A DNA stretch of 64,000 nt. Source: Spirochaetia bacterium. GTDB lineage: Bacteria > Spirochaetota > Spirochaetia > CADAEX01. The stretch's first letter is position 1. Each line of letters opens with the position of its first letter. The notes under the pieces were generated by a model. It did no database searches. It was not told the origin of the DNA and saw only the letters and a list, made by a program, of their open reading frames with translations. This document shows, in pieces, positions 39,632-49,875 of this stretch. The stretch covers positions 128,001 through 192,000 of the forward strand of contig OY759746.1 of the NCBI GenBank assembly GCA_963662795.1, written 5' to 3'. The position numbers and the translations under genes are program-made.

Positions 39632-39660
39632 TTAAAAAAACCCCTTTTAATTCGGGGTTA
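39632..39660 (-). terminator. Intrinsic terminator of the 52-aa membrane peptide gene
   Basis: Minus strand AACCCC-gaattaaaa-GGGGTT followed by TTTTT. Confidence 0.6.
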
Positions 39661-39690
39661 TTTCTTTAAAAAAAAACAGTTGCTAATAAT

Positions 39691-39849
39691 CTATTCCAGA
39701 CCTTTTTCAGTTTCATTATTCAATACTTCAGTTATTTGCTTATTTCTCAGGTCCAGGTGTTTGATATCAGGATATTTGGGAACCAACACCGCAAATACCG
39801 TAAAGATTATCGCTAACAGTATTAAGGAAATTATTGAATATTCTTTCAT
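39691..39849 (-). CDS. Small single-TM protein, 52 aa
   Basis: AGGAG RBS; manual translation MKEYSIISLILLAIIFTVFAVLVPKYPDIKHLDLRNKQITEVLNNETEKGLE*; own terminator. Not in the ORF track. Confidence 0.65.
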   Translation of the reverse strand: MKEYSIISLILLAIIFTVFAVLVPKYPDIKHLDLRNKQITEVLNNETEKGLE

Positions 39850-39987
39850 TTTATTCTCCTGAGGAGAATATACGGCCTCTTTGTTAAACTGGTATTAATA
39901 ATGCATTTATTTTCTGTTATTGATCAACATTTATTGTAAATGCGGAATATTCTTTTAATTTTTTGCGGATAACATAAAAGGAAGTAT

Positions 39988-41214
39988 TTATTCAATATCA
40001 GGATATTTGTTCTGTATTGATTTAATTATATCAAGAACTTCAAAAAATACTTCAACAAGTTCAGGGTCGAATTTACTGCCTGAAAGCTGTGCTATTTCAT
40101 TAAGGACATCATTTTCATCCCAGGAATTCTTGTATACTCTTTTTGAAGACAGGGCGTCAAATACATCCGCTATAGATACAATTCTGCCGAAGAGGCTTAT
40201 TTCTTCACCCTTTCTTGGAAGGGGCTCTCCTTTAAGATTTTTCTCAAGAGCTTTCCCAGTTTGAAGATCAATAAAACCGGGGTACCCGGTACCGTCCCAG
40301 TTTTCATGATGCATAAGCGCAACATCACAGGAAATTTCATCAAGCACAGAATGTTTGCTTGAAAAAAGCCTTGCGCCGAGAAAAGTATGGCTTTTCATTA
40401 TTGTATATTCGTCATCTGTAAACCGTGCCGGCTTTTTCAGTATCGCGTCTGATATCGCAACCTTTCCGACATCATGAAGCATTGCCGCAATTTTCAGAGA
40501 GTCCCTTGTCTTTTCAATTTCGTCTTCCGCTATCCCCCTGTTTCTTGCCCATTTTTCATATATTTCAACTGAATATGAGGCAACCCTGTTTACATGCGGC
40601 CCGGTTTCCTTGGGATCACGAAGCTCAGCCATCTGTATCATCCTGAGTACCATAGAGCGGGTCATCTGCGCCCTCTGAAGAACGATACTTGCCGAGCTGG
40701 CAAAATGCGTTATATACAGCTGATCCTCCTCCGTAAAAACTGTAACGGCGCATTTTTTATCAAGGGGATTGATCATCTGCAAGACACCAAGAACTTCTCC
40801 GTTAAGGTTACTAAGCGGAAAAGTAAGCATCGACTTTGTTGTATATCCCGATTTTCTATCAAAGGTAGAGTCAAAACTATAGGAAGCTGATTGGTCTATG
40901 TTGTAAACATCAGGAATACAAAGTGTCTCCCCTGTTGTTGCAACATATCCTGAAATGGAATTTCTGTTTACCGGTACCTTAAAAGAATTGTAAATAAGTT
41001 TTTTACCCGGCGGCAGCAGGGCCTGCTTGGTGTCATTCTGTGCATGGGCAAAAATAAGATTTTCCCCTTCTTTAAGGTAAATAGTTCCCGCATCTGCACT
41101 TACAAATTTTCTGGCTTCTGACAGTATTCTCTCAAGAAGTATATCTACATCCTGAACAGTATTAAGTTCGGTTCCGAGTTTTAAAACCTTTTGAATTTTT
41201 TCAACTTCTGTCAT
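39988..41214 (-). CDS. GAF plus HD-GYP phosphodiesterase
   Basis: GAF domain; ETGPHVNRV, LHDVGK, HHENWDGTGYP, ADVFDAL. Confidence 0.92.
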   Translation of the reverse strand: MTEVEKIQKVLKLGTELNTVQDVDILLERILSEARKFVSADAGTIYLKEGENLIFAHAQNDTKQALLPPGKKLIYNSFKVPVNRNSISGYVATTGETLCIPDVYNIDQSASYSFDSTFDRKSGYTTKSMLTFPLSNLNGEVLGVLQMINPLDKKCAVTVFTEEDQLYITHFASSASIVLQRAQMTRSMVLRMIQMAELRDPKETGPHVNRVASYSVEIYEKWARNRGIAEDEIEKTRDSLKIAAMLHDVGKVAISDAILKKPARFTDDEYTIMKSHTFLGARLFSSKHSVLDEISCDVALMHHENWDGTGYPGFIDLQTGKALEKNLKGEPLPRKGEEISLFGRIVSIADVFDALSSKRVYKNSWDENDVLNEIAQLSGSKFDPELVEVFFEVLDIIKSIQNKYPDIE

Positions 41215-41533
41215 AATAAATCAGCAACACCTTCTCTGCACATTTCCATATGAAATTTAAACTATAGCTTAAACTTCGGTATTCAAAGCAAATAATTATA
41301 TTAATATAAGCATCGGCATCAGCATTAGGCAAGCTAAAGGTAAAAATAACAAAAACCAGCTTCTCCAGTACCAGGAGCAGCTGGAAAATGCCTTGAATTA
41401 TCACACCTGGACTCCCCCGGTCAAATAAACCTGTTTCATTATCACAGTTAACTGAACCATTACAGTTGACAACAATCCCCCTCAACTGTAATAATTCTTT
41501 AATATATCTGATATTTATTAAAACAGGAAAATT

Positions 41534-42040
41534 ATGACAGATAAAAAAAATATAATCCGGCATATATCCACCCATACCCTGCTTAAATCACTCGAACCGC
41601 TCAGTGTCAAAAAACTTGTAGACGCAGGGGAAATTATAACTTTTGAAGAAGGTGATTTAATAATCAGGGAAGATGAGGTAAGCCCTCATGTCTTTTTTAT
41701 TATTTCAGGCACAGTAAATATTGATGTTAAAGGCAAAGAAAAGGACATTTATATCTGTTCAATGGGTTCGGGAGAATTTATCGGGGAAGCAGGTATTTTC
41801 ATGACATTGAAAAGAACAGCAAATGTACGGTCGGCAGACAGATCTGTTCTTCTCAGAATCGGAAGAGATAATTTTCACTCTTTCATAAAGGAAAAACCTG
41901 CAGCTGGCATAAAAGTGCTGCTTATCATTATCTACAGCATGCTTAAAAAACTCTCTGTGACAAACCAGGAGCTTGCATTTGAAAGACAGCATGATATTGT
42001 GCAGGACGATATTGATGAAATTATAAAAAATTTCATCTGA
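41534..42040 (+). CDS. Cyclic nucleotide-binding (Crp-like) domain protein without HTH
   Basis: FEEGDLIIRE, GEFIGEAG, RTANVR. Confidence 0.85.
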   Translation: MTDKKNIIRHISTHTLLKSLEPLSVKKLVDAGEIITFEEGDLIIREDEVSPHVFFIISGTVNIDVKGKEKDIYICSMGSGEFIGEAGIFMTLKRTANVRSADRSVLLRIGRDNFHSFIKEKPAAGIKVLLIIIYSMLKKLSVTNQELAFERQHDIVQDDIDEIIKNFI

Positions 42041-42045
42041 AAACC

Positions 42046-43614
42046 CTATTTTTTCAGTATATAATGACACCCTATCGGTTTTGAATTCCTGATAGCAGAA
42101 TCTACTATAATACTTGAACAGACAGATGCATTTCTCAATTCTATAATACTTGTATTAAGCTTTGCCTGATGATAGAATTTGAGAATTCTGTATGTAAAAT
42201 AATTAAGGTCCGCAAGAGCCCTGCTTAATCCCTTATGGGTTCTTATTATCCCCGCATAGTTCCACATTGTCAGCTGCAAAGCCCGCATATCCTGATCTAC
42301 AAGGACAGGATCAATTTCTTCTGTTCTTGAAGGATCCTGCCAGTCAGGAATCCTTGCCGTCCTCTTCACATCAGGATTTATCCGTTCTGAGGCAATTGCT
42401 TCAGCCGCCTTTTTCCCCCAGAGAAGCCCTTCAAGCAGTGATGTTGATGCAAGCCTGTTGGCTCCGTGAATCCCGGTACAGCTTGCTTCCCCTATCGCAT
42501 AAAGATTGGTAACAGATGACTTGCCGTCAAGATAGACTTTGATCCCTCCGCAGAAATAGTGCTCTGCCGGAACAACAGGGATAGGCTCTTTTGTTATATC
42601 GATTCCCCCTTTAAGACAGGTCTTGTATGTGTTGGAGAACCTTTCTTCAATGGGAATACTCCCTTTGTAATTATTTGACAGGTCCAGAAACATGTATTCA
42701 CTGCCGGTTTTGCTCATTTTGTCAAAAATCGCCCTTGCGACAACATCCCTCGGCGCAAGATCCTTTAGGGGAGAATAGTCTTTCATGAACTCATTTCTGC
42801 TGTGGTCTTTTATCCGGGCGCCCTCGCCCCTCAGGGACTCTGAGATCAGAAATCTTTTTATATCGCGGTGAAAGAGGGATGTTGGATGAAACTGGACAAA
42901 TTCCGCATTGATGATGTCGGCCCCTGCCCTGTATGCCATGCTGATGCCGTCGCCGGTTGCTGATACAGGATTGGTTGTATACTGATATATATTGCCTATT
43001 CCTCCGGTTGCAAGCACTACTGAGCCTGAAAAAAATGTATCTACCTCGCCGGTGCTGTTGTTAAGGGCATACAGGCCGAGAACTTCCCTGGGTTTATACA
43101 TTTCCTGTGTATCTTTGGAATGATGGTTGTTGGTAATGAGGTCTATGGCGGTGTATCCGGTAACAAGCTTGATGTTAAGTATTTCCGCATAAGAGAGAAG
43201 ATCTGTAATTATCCGGTCCCCTGTATGGTCCTCGAAATGGGCAATGCGCCTTATCTGGTGTGCTGCTTCACCTGTATAGTCAATTTCTCCTGATGTTTTG
43301 CGGCTGAATGATACTCCTGCTTCATTTATCAAAAAATCAGGGACAAGGGGAGGCCCTTCCTTTACAAACATTTTTACAGCTTCGATTCTGTTATAGTCGC
43401 ACCCTGCGAGCATAATATCGTGTTCAAGTTTTTCTTCCGTATCATCAGGGCAGGCCGATATTATCCCGCCCTGGGCGTAAAAAGTATTGCTTTCCTGAGG
43501 TATGCTGTTTTTCGTAAGGACAACTACATCAATTCCTGCTTTTTTAAGGTTTATCGCACAGGTAAGGCCTGCAATCCCTGACCCGACTATAATTGATTCA
43601 TAATGGTATCTCAT
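42046..43614 (-). CDS. nadB: L-aspartate oxidase
   Basis: GSGIAGL, YAQGGI, EFVQFHPT, LISESLRGEGA, LAPRDVVAR, HGANRLASTSLLE; operon with nadA and nadC. Confidence 0.95.
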   Translation of the reverse strand: MRYHYESIIVGSGIAGLTCAINLKKAGIDVVVLTKNSIPQESNTFYAQGGIISACPDDTEEKLEHDIMLAGCDYNRIEAVKMFVKEGPPLVPDFLINEAGVSFSRKTSGEIDYTGEAAHQIRRIAHFEDHTGDRIITDLLSYAEILNIKLVTGYTAIDLITNNHHSKDTQEMYKPREVLGLYALNNSTGEVDTFFSGSVVLATGGIGNIYQYTTNPVSATGDGISMAYRAGADIINAEFVQFHPTSLFHRDIKRFLISESLRGEGARIKDHSRNEFMKDYSPLKDLAPRDVVARAIFDKMSKTGSEYMFLDLSNNYKGSIPIEERFSNTYKTCLKGGIDITKEPIPVVPAEHYFCGGIKVYLDGKSSVTNLYAIGEASCTGIHGANRLASTSLLEGLLWGKKAAEAIASERINPDVKRTARIPDWQDPSRTEEIDPVLVDQDMRALQLTMWNYAGIIRTHKGLSRALADLNYFTYRILKFYHQAKLNTSIIELRNASVCSSIIVDSAIRNSKPIGCHYILKK

Positions 43615-44699
43615 TTCATGCCTGCTATAATTATCATTTTATCAAGCGCTTTTTTGGCGTTTGCCCTGTAGCTTTCAGGTACAGACACAGGGAATTTTAG
43701 TTTCCCCCTGCCATTCTCAAATTCTTCGATTGAATATAATGATTCTGAAAGATTTACAAGATTGTTTTTATTCATATTCATACATGTATTTTTATTAAGC
43801 GGAACAATTTTCCTGTCTTTAAAGGTTTCAGAAAGTCTTTCGACAAATGTAAGTTCTGTCCCCACCCCCCAGACTGAACCGGCCGGGGAAGCGCTTACAA
43901 CATCATAAATCTTCTGGGTTGATCCCTGCATATCAGCAAGGGAGGCGACCTCAGGTTTGACTTCCGGATGTACTATAATAGTTCCGTCAGGATATTTCTG
44001 CCTGAAACTGTTTATGTCACTGACGCTGAATTTGTGGTGGACAGGGCACATTCCGTCCCAAAGATAGAGCTTTATCTTTTCCGGCGATGAATTATGCTCA
44101 ATTTTGAAATCTCTTTTGACAAGCGCTATCTCATCTTCTTTGAGACCTGCCTTGCGGGCTGTATTTACACCCAGGTTGTAATCAGGTATGAAGAAAAGCT
44201 TTTCATCCCTGGAAAGATAATAATTCATAATTTTTTGGGCATTTGAGCTTGTACATACAGAACCGTCAAACTCTCCGCAGAAGCTTTTTGAGTCAACATG
44301 CGAATTCATGTAAACAACAGGGACAGGAGTACTGCCTGAAAAATTTTTAATGTGCTCAAGTGCTTTTAAACCTGCATTTCTGTCAATCATGTCTGCCATC
44401 GGGCATCCGGCATCAAGGTCCGGGACAACAATCCGCTGATTCTCTCCGGTCAGGATTTCGACACCTTCTGCCATAAAAGATACCCCGCAGAAAACTATCC
44501 ACTGTGCAGAAGTCTCTGCCGCCTCCACTGCCAGTTTATAGGAATCTCCCGTAAGGTCTGCGAATTCAATAATTGCGGCAGGAACATAATGATGGGCCGG
44601 AATTATAAGGCGGTTTTTATATCTTTTTTTAAAATCAGAAATATATTTTTTGTAATCATCATTTTTGTAATTTTTAAATTTCAATTCAGCTGTTTCCAT
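43611..44699 (-). CDS. nadA: Quinolinate synthase
   Basis: AHHY, GDSYKL, CGVSFMAE, AGCPMADM, VCTSSNA, CPVH, VHPE, CMNM. Confidence 0.95.
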   Translation of the reverse strand: METAELKFKNYKNDDYKKYISDFKKRYKNRLIIPAHHYVPAAIIEFADLTGDSYKLAVEAAETSAQWIVFCGVSFMAEGVEILTGENQRIVVPDLDAGCPMADMIDRNAGLKALEHIKNFSGSTPVPVVYMNSHVDSKSFCGEFDGSVCTSSNAQKIMNYYLSRDEKLFFIPDYNLGVNTARKAGLKEDEIALVKRDFKIEHNSSPEKIKLYLWDGMCPVHHKFSVSDINSFRQKYPDGTIIVHPEVKPEVASLADMQGSTQKIYDVVSASPAGSVWGVGTELTFVERLSETFKDRKIVPLNKNTCMNMNKNNLVNLSESLYSIEEFENGRGKLKFPVSVPESYRANAKKALDKMIIIAGMK

Positions 44700-44713
44700 T
44701 ATTTAACCTTCTT

Positions 44714-45550
44714 TTACTTGAAATTGATATTTTTAAGACTGAAATCAAATGATTTTATTGTGTGGGTAAGTTCTCCGAAAGAAATATAATTAACCCCTGT
44801 TTTTGAAACTGTTTCAATCCTCTCAAGGCTCATGTTGCCTGAGGCTTCTGTCTCTGCCCCGGATGCAATCAGTCTGACTGCTTCTGCTGTAATTTCATCA
44901 GACATATTGTCAAGCATTATCCTGTCGGCGCCGGATTCAAGGGCTTTTTTAACCTCGTCAAGGTCTCTTGCCTCGACCTCAATTTTAACTTTGCCGCCGA
45001 ATCTGTTCCTTATTTTTTCTACTGCTTTTTCAATGCTTCCGGCAGCATCTATGTGGGTATCCTTGACCAGAGCCATATCATAAAGCCCTGCCCTGTGGTT
45101 AAACGCGCCTCCGCACCTTACGGCGTATTTTGAGAGCATTCTGTAGCCGGGAATTGTTTTTCTTGTATCGAGAATTTTAACTTTTCCGTCTGCATTCTTT
45201 ACAAAAAGTGATGTTTTAGTTGCAATTGCGGAAAGCATTGCAATGAAATTTATCGAAGTCCTCTCTGCCTTTAAAATTGAGACAATCTTCCCCTCAATAT
45301 CCGCTATTATATCGCCCGGTTTAATCACCTCTCCGTCTTCGAACCATGCTGTTACAAGTGTTTCACTGTCGACAGTTTTATAAACCCTGGTAAAGATATC
45401 AATTCCGCAGAGTATTCCGCTTTCTTTTGCCAAAAGCCTGTATTTTCCATACTGATCTGTAAATACAGATTCCGATGTTATATCTCCATCTTTTCCGAGG
45501 TCTTCCTCAAGTGCGAGTTTTATTAGCAAATCTTCATTTCCGGCAGACAA
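44714..45550 (-). CDS. nadC: Nicotinate-nucleotide pyrophosphorylase (carboxylating)
   Basis: ALEED...GDITS, LDTRKTIPG, KDTHI, IEVE, IMLDN, EASGN. Confidence 0.95.
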   Translation of the reverse strand: MSAGNEDLLIKLALEEDLGKDGDITSESVFTDQYGKYRLLAKESGILCGIDIFTRVYKTVDSETLVTAWFEDGEVIKPGDIIADIEGKIVSILKAERTSINFIAMLSAIATKTSLFVKNADGKVKILDTRKTIPGYRMLSKYAVRCGGAFNHRAGLYDMALVKDTHIDAAGSIEKAVEKIRNRFGGKVKIEVEARDLDEVKKALESGADRIMLDNMSDEITAEAVRLIASGAETEASGNMSLERIETVSKTGVNYISFGELTHTIKSFDFSLKNINFK

Positions 45551-45650
45551 ACCAAATCTCCTGCTGAAAGTACTTTAGCCAGTTTAGTCCTTATTGTAAA
45601 TATTTACCAGATAACTCATGCATTAAACTGTTTTTTCATTGCCGGACTTT

Positions 45651-46580
45651 TCACAGTTTTCCGTAAAAAACATGGCAGTACGGCTCGCCGCCTGTTTTCC
45701 TGTAATAATCCTGATGATATTCTTCAGCTTTCCAGAATCTGCCTGCTTTGGTAATTTCAGTTGCAACTTTATATCCCTTATCCTCAAGCTGTTTAACAAT
45801 CTTTTCAGCTGTTTTTTTCTGGTTTTCAGTAAGATAGAAAACACCGGATCTGTACTGTGAACCGAAATCCGGCCCCTGCCTGTTAATCTGAGTCGGATCA
45901 TGTGTGTTGAAAAAATAAATGACGAGCTCCTCATAACTTATCACATCCGGATCAAAGAAGACCTCAACAGCTTCCGCATGCCCTGTTTCTCCGGTTGAAA
46001 CTTCCCTGTAAGTCGGCTTATCCTTGTTTCCTCCTGTATAGCCGGAAACGGCAGATGCAACACCGTCAAGTTTTTCAAACATGTATTCCGTCCCCCAGAA
46101 ACAGCCTGAAGCAAAAACTGCTTTTTCCAGCCGTTTCTCCACCTGGGCAGGAGCAAATTCAACCGAAATTGAGTTTACACAGTGCCTTGTGTTATTTTTG
46201 GTATACCCTTCTCCCCTGAAAACATGCCCCAGGTGGGCATTGCAGTTTGCGCATACTATCTCTGTTCTGACCCCGTCTGCATCCTTTATCTCTTTTACCG
46301 CACCTTCTATCTGGTCATCAAAAGAAGGCCAGCCGCAGCCTGAGTCAAATTTATCTGAGCTTGAAAACAGCGGTGTCCCGCAGTTTTTGCACAGATATGT
46401 CCCGTCCTCATGGTGATCAAAGTATTCGCCGGAAAACGCATATTCTGTTCCCTTTTCCTTTATAACGGAAAATTCAAAGGGCGTTAAAAGTCTTTCATCA
46501 GGTTTCAATTTATCATCCTCCCCTGCATACCCGTTCAGGGCAGCAAATAAAACTGTCAGCAGAAGTATTATTTTTTTCAT
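45651..46580 (-). CDS. msrAB: Exported bifunctional methionine sulfoxide reductase, MsrB-MsrA order
   Basis: Signal peptide; SGCGWPSF and RHCVNS (MsrB); GCFWG, GHAEAV, AEEYHQDY (MsrA). Confidence 0.95.
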   Translation of the reverse strand: MKKIILLLTVLFAALNGYAGEDDKLKPDERLLTPFEFSVIKEKGTEYAFSGEYFDHHEDGTYLCKNCGTPLFSSSDKFDSGCGWPSFDDQIEGAVKEIKDADGVRTEIVCANCNAHLGHVFRGEGYTKNNTRHCVNSISVEFAPAQVEKRLEKAVFASGCFWGTEYMFEKLDGVASAVSGYTGGNKDKPTYREVSTGETGHAEAVEVFFDPDVISYEELVIYFFNTHDPTQINRQGPDFGSQYRSGVFYLTENQKKTAEKIVKQLEDKGYKVATEITKAGRFWKAEEYHQDYYRKTGGEPYCHVFYGKL

Positions 46581-46635
46581 ATATACAATATACTTCTATT
46601 TTAATAATCGTGGAATATCACAGGGGACAAATAAG

Positions 46636-48597
46636 ATGTTTGAAGAAAGTTTAATACCGCTCACGCCTCAGCTGGAAATAATGATAAAAAAAAACCCGCT
46701 CCTTAACATAGACACATTTATAATACCGTCGCCCTACATAAATGATCTTGCTGTTGAAAAGGATTATAATTTCAGCTTTGTATGTCTTATTGAAGGGGAA
46801 ATTCTCGGGTATATGCTTGTTTATTCCGATAAAATCAAGCTCAACTTTCACATCTATAAGCTTGTTACAAGCCCGTTCGGCCGGAGTATGGGAATTGGTA
46901 CGGCATTTATTGAATATCTTGCGCAAAAAATACCGGAAAATTCAAATGTTTATCTGTATATATGGGAAAAACAAACTGACACAATTGAATTCTTCAAGAA
47001 CAAGGGTTTTACAGTCGGGGATCAGATTGTATACAGAAATCTGGTCTATTACTACCTTGCTGCAGACCGGAAAAACATTCTTGAGCTGAAAGCGGTTAAA
47101 CCGGAAATGCAGCAGCCGGGACTGGAGGAAATCGGAAAAACAAGGCATGACGCAAGAAAGACGCTTCGCCTTCTGAGTCACATGGTAGAATCCATTTCAA
47201 TCGACAACTGCAATAAAATAGTTGAAGATATAAACAGGGAAACAACATCTCTTATAAACATGATAAACTCTTTCAGGGACAGCACACAGACAAGGCATGA
47301 CGTAAACCTGAGGGAACTGCTTCTCGAGAGGATTGTCCCTTTTATAAAAGCATCCCCCGTTTACTCACGGGTACGGTTAAACCTTAATTCAGATTCACCG
47401 ATTGTATATGGTTATTACATAAACATCAGCAGGGCACTTATAAATCTTATATCAAACTCGCTTGACTCAATTGAAGAAACTGAGCGGAAAGGATTTATAG
47501 TAATTACCGTAAGTGAAAACAGGAACAATATCACACTTAAAATCAAAGATAACGGATCAGGAATTGATGAAGAAAAGCTTGTCCCCGGAACAGACGGACT
47601 TCCTCTATTTGTAGGAAAAACAACAAAAGGACACAAGACAGGGGAAGGAACCGGTACCAGACAGATCTATTCAACATTCGGGCATGAAAATATATCAGTT
47701 ATCAGTAAAAAGGGGAAAGGGACGACATGGAGCATAAGATTCGATAAAAGCCAGACCGGTACTGATAAAGTATATATTGTTATGGAAAGACGATTCAACG
47801 AGTTTATGAGTCTTTTAGAATATTACAAGATCAGGAGAGATTCGGAAAGGACAAAGGTCATAGTATATATATGGAACCTGAGAAAGATGGAAATATTCCT
47901 TTATGACCTTATTATGCTTTTCAGCACATATCACAACATAAGAATGATTTACAGAACAGTCCTGGCATATCTCATGGATGTTTTATCCAAAGAACAGTTT
48001 ACAGATGCAATATCGGCCTACAGATCAGATTATGAAAAAACAAAAAAATGGCTCTACGAAACAGTCCTTGAATTAAAGGAGAGATATAACTGCATCAGGG
48101 AAAATATTGATAAAGATAAATTCAGAGGCGCGTTATTCAAAAGCTATGGTATAGGAATGGAAAACAACATCATCTTCACACTTGATCCTGAAACAGGTGA
48201 TTTTTTCGCAACTGACAGAAAACTGGCAGAACATCTTGATTTTGTGCCCTATCTGGAGAAAGACAAGAATTTACTGCTTAGAGGCGAATTCAGGGGTGAT
48301 CTTAATAATGAAAGCAGCGCTGTTTTTCTGGGAGTCTGGAGCATTGATTCAGAAGGGGATCTGATTGAAAAACTCAAACTGATCAGGAAAGGAGCGCAAA
48401 CTCTGCTTAAAATGGGAATCCATCAGGGGAAAAAACTTTCATTATACCAGACTACCTATGTAAAAGCCAAAAGAGATATTGATACCTACAAGACTACAAC
48501 TCTGAAAGCTTTTGCAGATACTGATGACAATGGACTTGAAAAATACATCCGTCCTGCTGATGATGAATTTCAGGAATATGCTTTCGCGGTTGACTGA
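46636..48597 (+). CDS. GNAT acetyltransferase-histidine kinase-like (HATPase) fusion with unknown C-terminal domain
   Basis: GNAT motif RSMGIGT and FFKNKGF; H-box-like TRHDARKTL; NLISNSLDS, KDNGSGI, GEGTGT; about 280-aa unassigned tail; no TM. Confidence 0.7.
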   Translation: MFEESLIPLTPQLEIMIKKNPLLNIDTFIIPSPYINDLAVEKDYNFSFVCLIEGEILGYMLVYSDKIKLNFHIYKLVTSPFGRSMGIGTAFIEYLAQKIPENSNVYLYIWEKQTDTIEFFKNKGFTVGDQIVYRNLVYYYLAADRKNILELKAVKPEMQQPGLEEIGKTRHDARKTLRLLSHMVESISIDNCNKIVEDINRETTSLINMINSFRDSTQTRHDVNLRELLLERIVPFIKASPVYSRVRLNLNSDSPIVYGYYINISRALINLISNSLDSIEETERKGFIVITVSENRNNITLKIKDNGSGIDEEKLVPGTDGLPLFVGKTTKGHKTGEGTGTRQIYSTFGHENISVISKKGKGTTWSIRFDKSQTGTDKVYIVMERRFNEFMSLLEYYKIRRDSERTKVIVYIWNLRKMEIFLYDLIMLFSTYHNIRMIYRTVLAYLMDVLSKEQFTDAISAYRSDYEKTKKWLYETVLELKERYNCIRENIDKDKFRGALFKSYGIGMENNIIFTLDPETGDFFATDRKLAEHLDFVPYLEKDKNLLLRGEFRGDLNNESSAVFLGVWSIDSEGDLIEKLKLIRKGAQTLLKMGIHQGKKLSLYQTTYVKAKRDIDTYKTTTLKAFADTDDNGLEKYIRPADDEFQEYAFAVD

Positions 48598-48617
48598 TAT
48601 TACTGGAATATCAGTCA
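48591..48617. terminator. 11-bp perfect inverted repeat overlapping the stop codon
   Basis: TGACTGATATT-actgg-AATATCAGTCA; no clear U-tract. Confidence 0.45.
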
Positions 48618-48723
48618 GTATCCCTATTTTTTAATATTTTAAAATAATGCTATTATTATCCTAAGCTGTTTGCTAAAATAAAAAGAATTGCGTCAGGAAG
48701 AGCCTGAGGAGAATTCAGTGAAC

Positions 48724-49620
48724 ATGAAAATGATCAATAGAACCAAGCTTGCCTACAGTGAGGGAATTTCATCAGTAATAATAAACACACTGCTTTTTGC
48801 AATTAAATTATGGGCAGGTACCATAACAGGCTCGATTGCAGTTATTGCTGATGCCTGGCACACACTATCTGATTCACTTACTTCCGTAATTGTAATTTTT
48901 GGAGCAAAGTCGGCTAATAAACCTGCAGATAAAGAACATCCGTTCGGCCATGGGAGATCTGAACTTATTACATCAATAGTCATAGGCGTACTCCTTAGTG
49001 TCGTAGGAATAAATTTCATAACTGAATCAGTCCACAGGCTTTACATCAGGGAAAGATCGGATTTTTCTATCTCTGTACTTGCTGTTATGACTGTATCAGT
49101 TATTTTAAAGGAAGCGCTGGCTCAGTTTTCTTTCTGGGCGTACAGAAAAACAGGGTCAACGGCCTTAAAGGCAGACGGCTGGCACCACAGAAGCGACTCC
49201 CTGGCATCTCTATTAATTGTAGCAGGGATCTTTTTCAGCCGTATGTTTTGGTGGATAGATGCGGTTCTCGGCCTGATTGTTTCTGTAATAATTATAATAT
49301 CTGCTATTTCGATTATCAGGGAAGGCGCCGCGCCTCTTCTTGGGGAATCACCCGACAAGACGTTAATCAGGAAGGTCAAAGCACTCGTCCGGGAGAATAC
49401 AGGATCAGACAACCATCTGCATCATCTGCACCTTCACAGGTATGGACATCATACAGAGCTGACTTTTCATATATGCCTGCCCGGAGATATAACCGTAGAA
49501 GAAGGGCATGAAGCTGCTACAAAAGTTGAAAATGCGTTAAGAGAAAAATTAAATATCGAAGCTACAATACATGTAGAGCCTGTTAAAAAGATTCAAAGTA
49601 CAAATAAAAAAATTGATTAA
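48724..49620 (+). CDS. Cation diffusion facilitator (FieF-like) transporter
   Basis: ADAWHTLSD, PADKEHPFGHGRSE, ADGWHHRSD, IHVEP; His-rich HLHHLHLH. Confidence 0.92.
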   Translation: MKMINRTKLAYSEGISSVIINTLLFAIKLWAGTITGSIAVIADAWHTLSDSLTSVIVIFGAKSANKPADKEHPFGHGRSELITSIVIGVLLSVVGINFITESVHRLYIRERSDFSISVLAVMTVSVILKEALAQFSFWAYRKTGSTALKADGWHHRSDSLASLLIVAGIFFSRMFWWIDAVLGLIVSVIIIISAISIIREGAAPLLGESPDKTLIRKVKALVRENTGSDNHLHHLHLHRYGHHTELTFHICLPGDITVEEGHEAATKVENALREKLNIEATIHVEPVKKIQSTNKKID

Positions 49621-49671
49621 TCCGGCAAGCCATGCTATATTGTATATATCATATATACAAAGGAACTAATA

Positions 49672-49848
49672 ATGACGGAGTTTTTTATCAGGAATATACT
49701 ACCGGCCGGGATTGGAGCACTTGCCGGATACGGATACTATAAATTTATAGGATGTGCATCAGGGGCCTGTCCCATTACTTCAAATCCGGTAATTTCTACA
49801 ATCTATGGGGCAGGAATGGGTTACCTTCTGGCATATATGTGGAAGTAG
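49672..49848 (+). CDS. Small membrane protein, DUF6132-like (58 aa)
   Basis: Manual translation MTEFFIRNILPAGIGALAGYGYYKFIGCASGACPITSNPVISTIYGAGMGYLLAYMWK; GCxxGxCPITSNP motif; AAGGA RBS. Confidence 0.8.
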   Translation: MTEFFIRNILPAGIGALAGYGYYKFIGCASGACPITSNPVISTIYGAGMGYLLAYMWK

Positions 49849-49875
49849 GATAATACTTATAAAAGGAGATTATTT

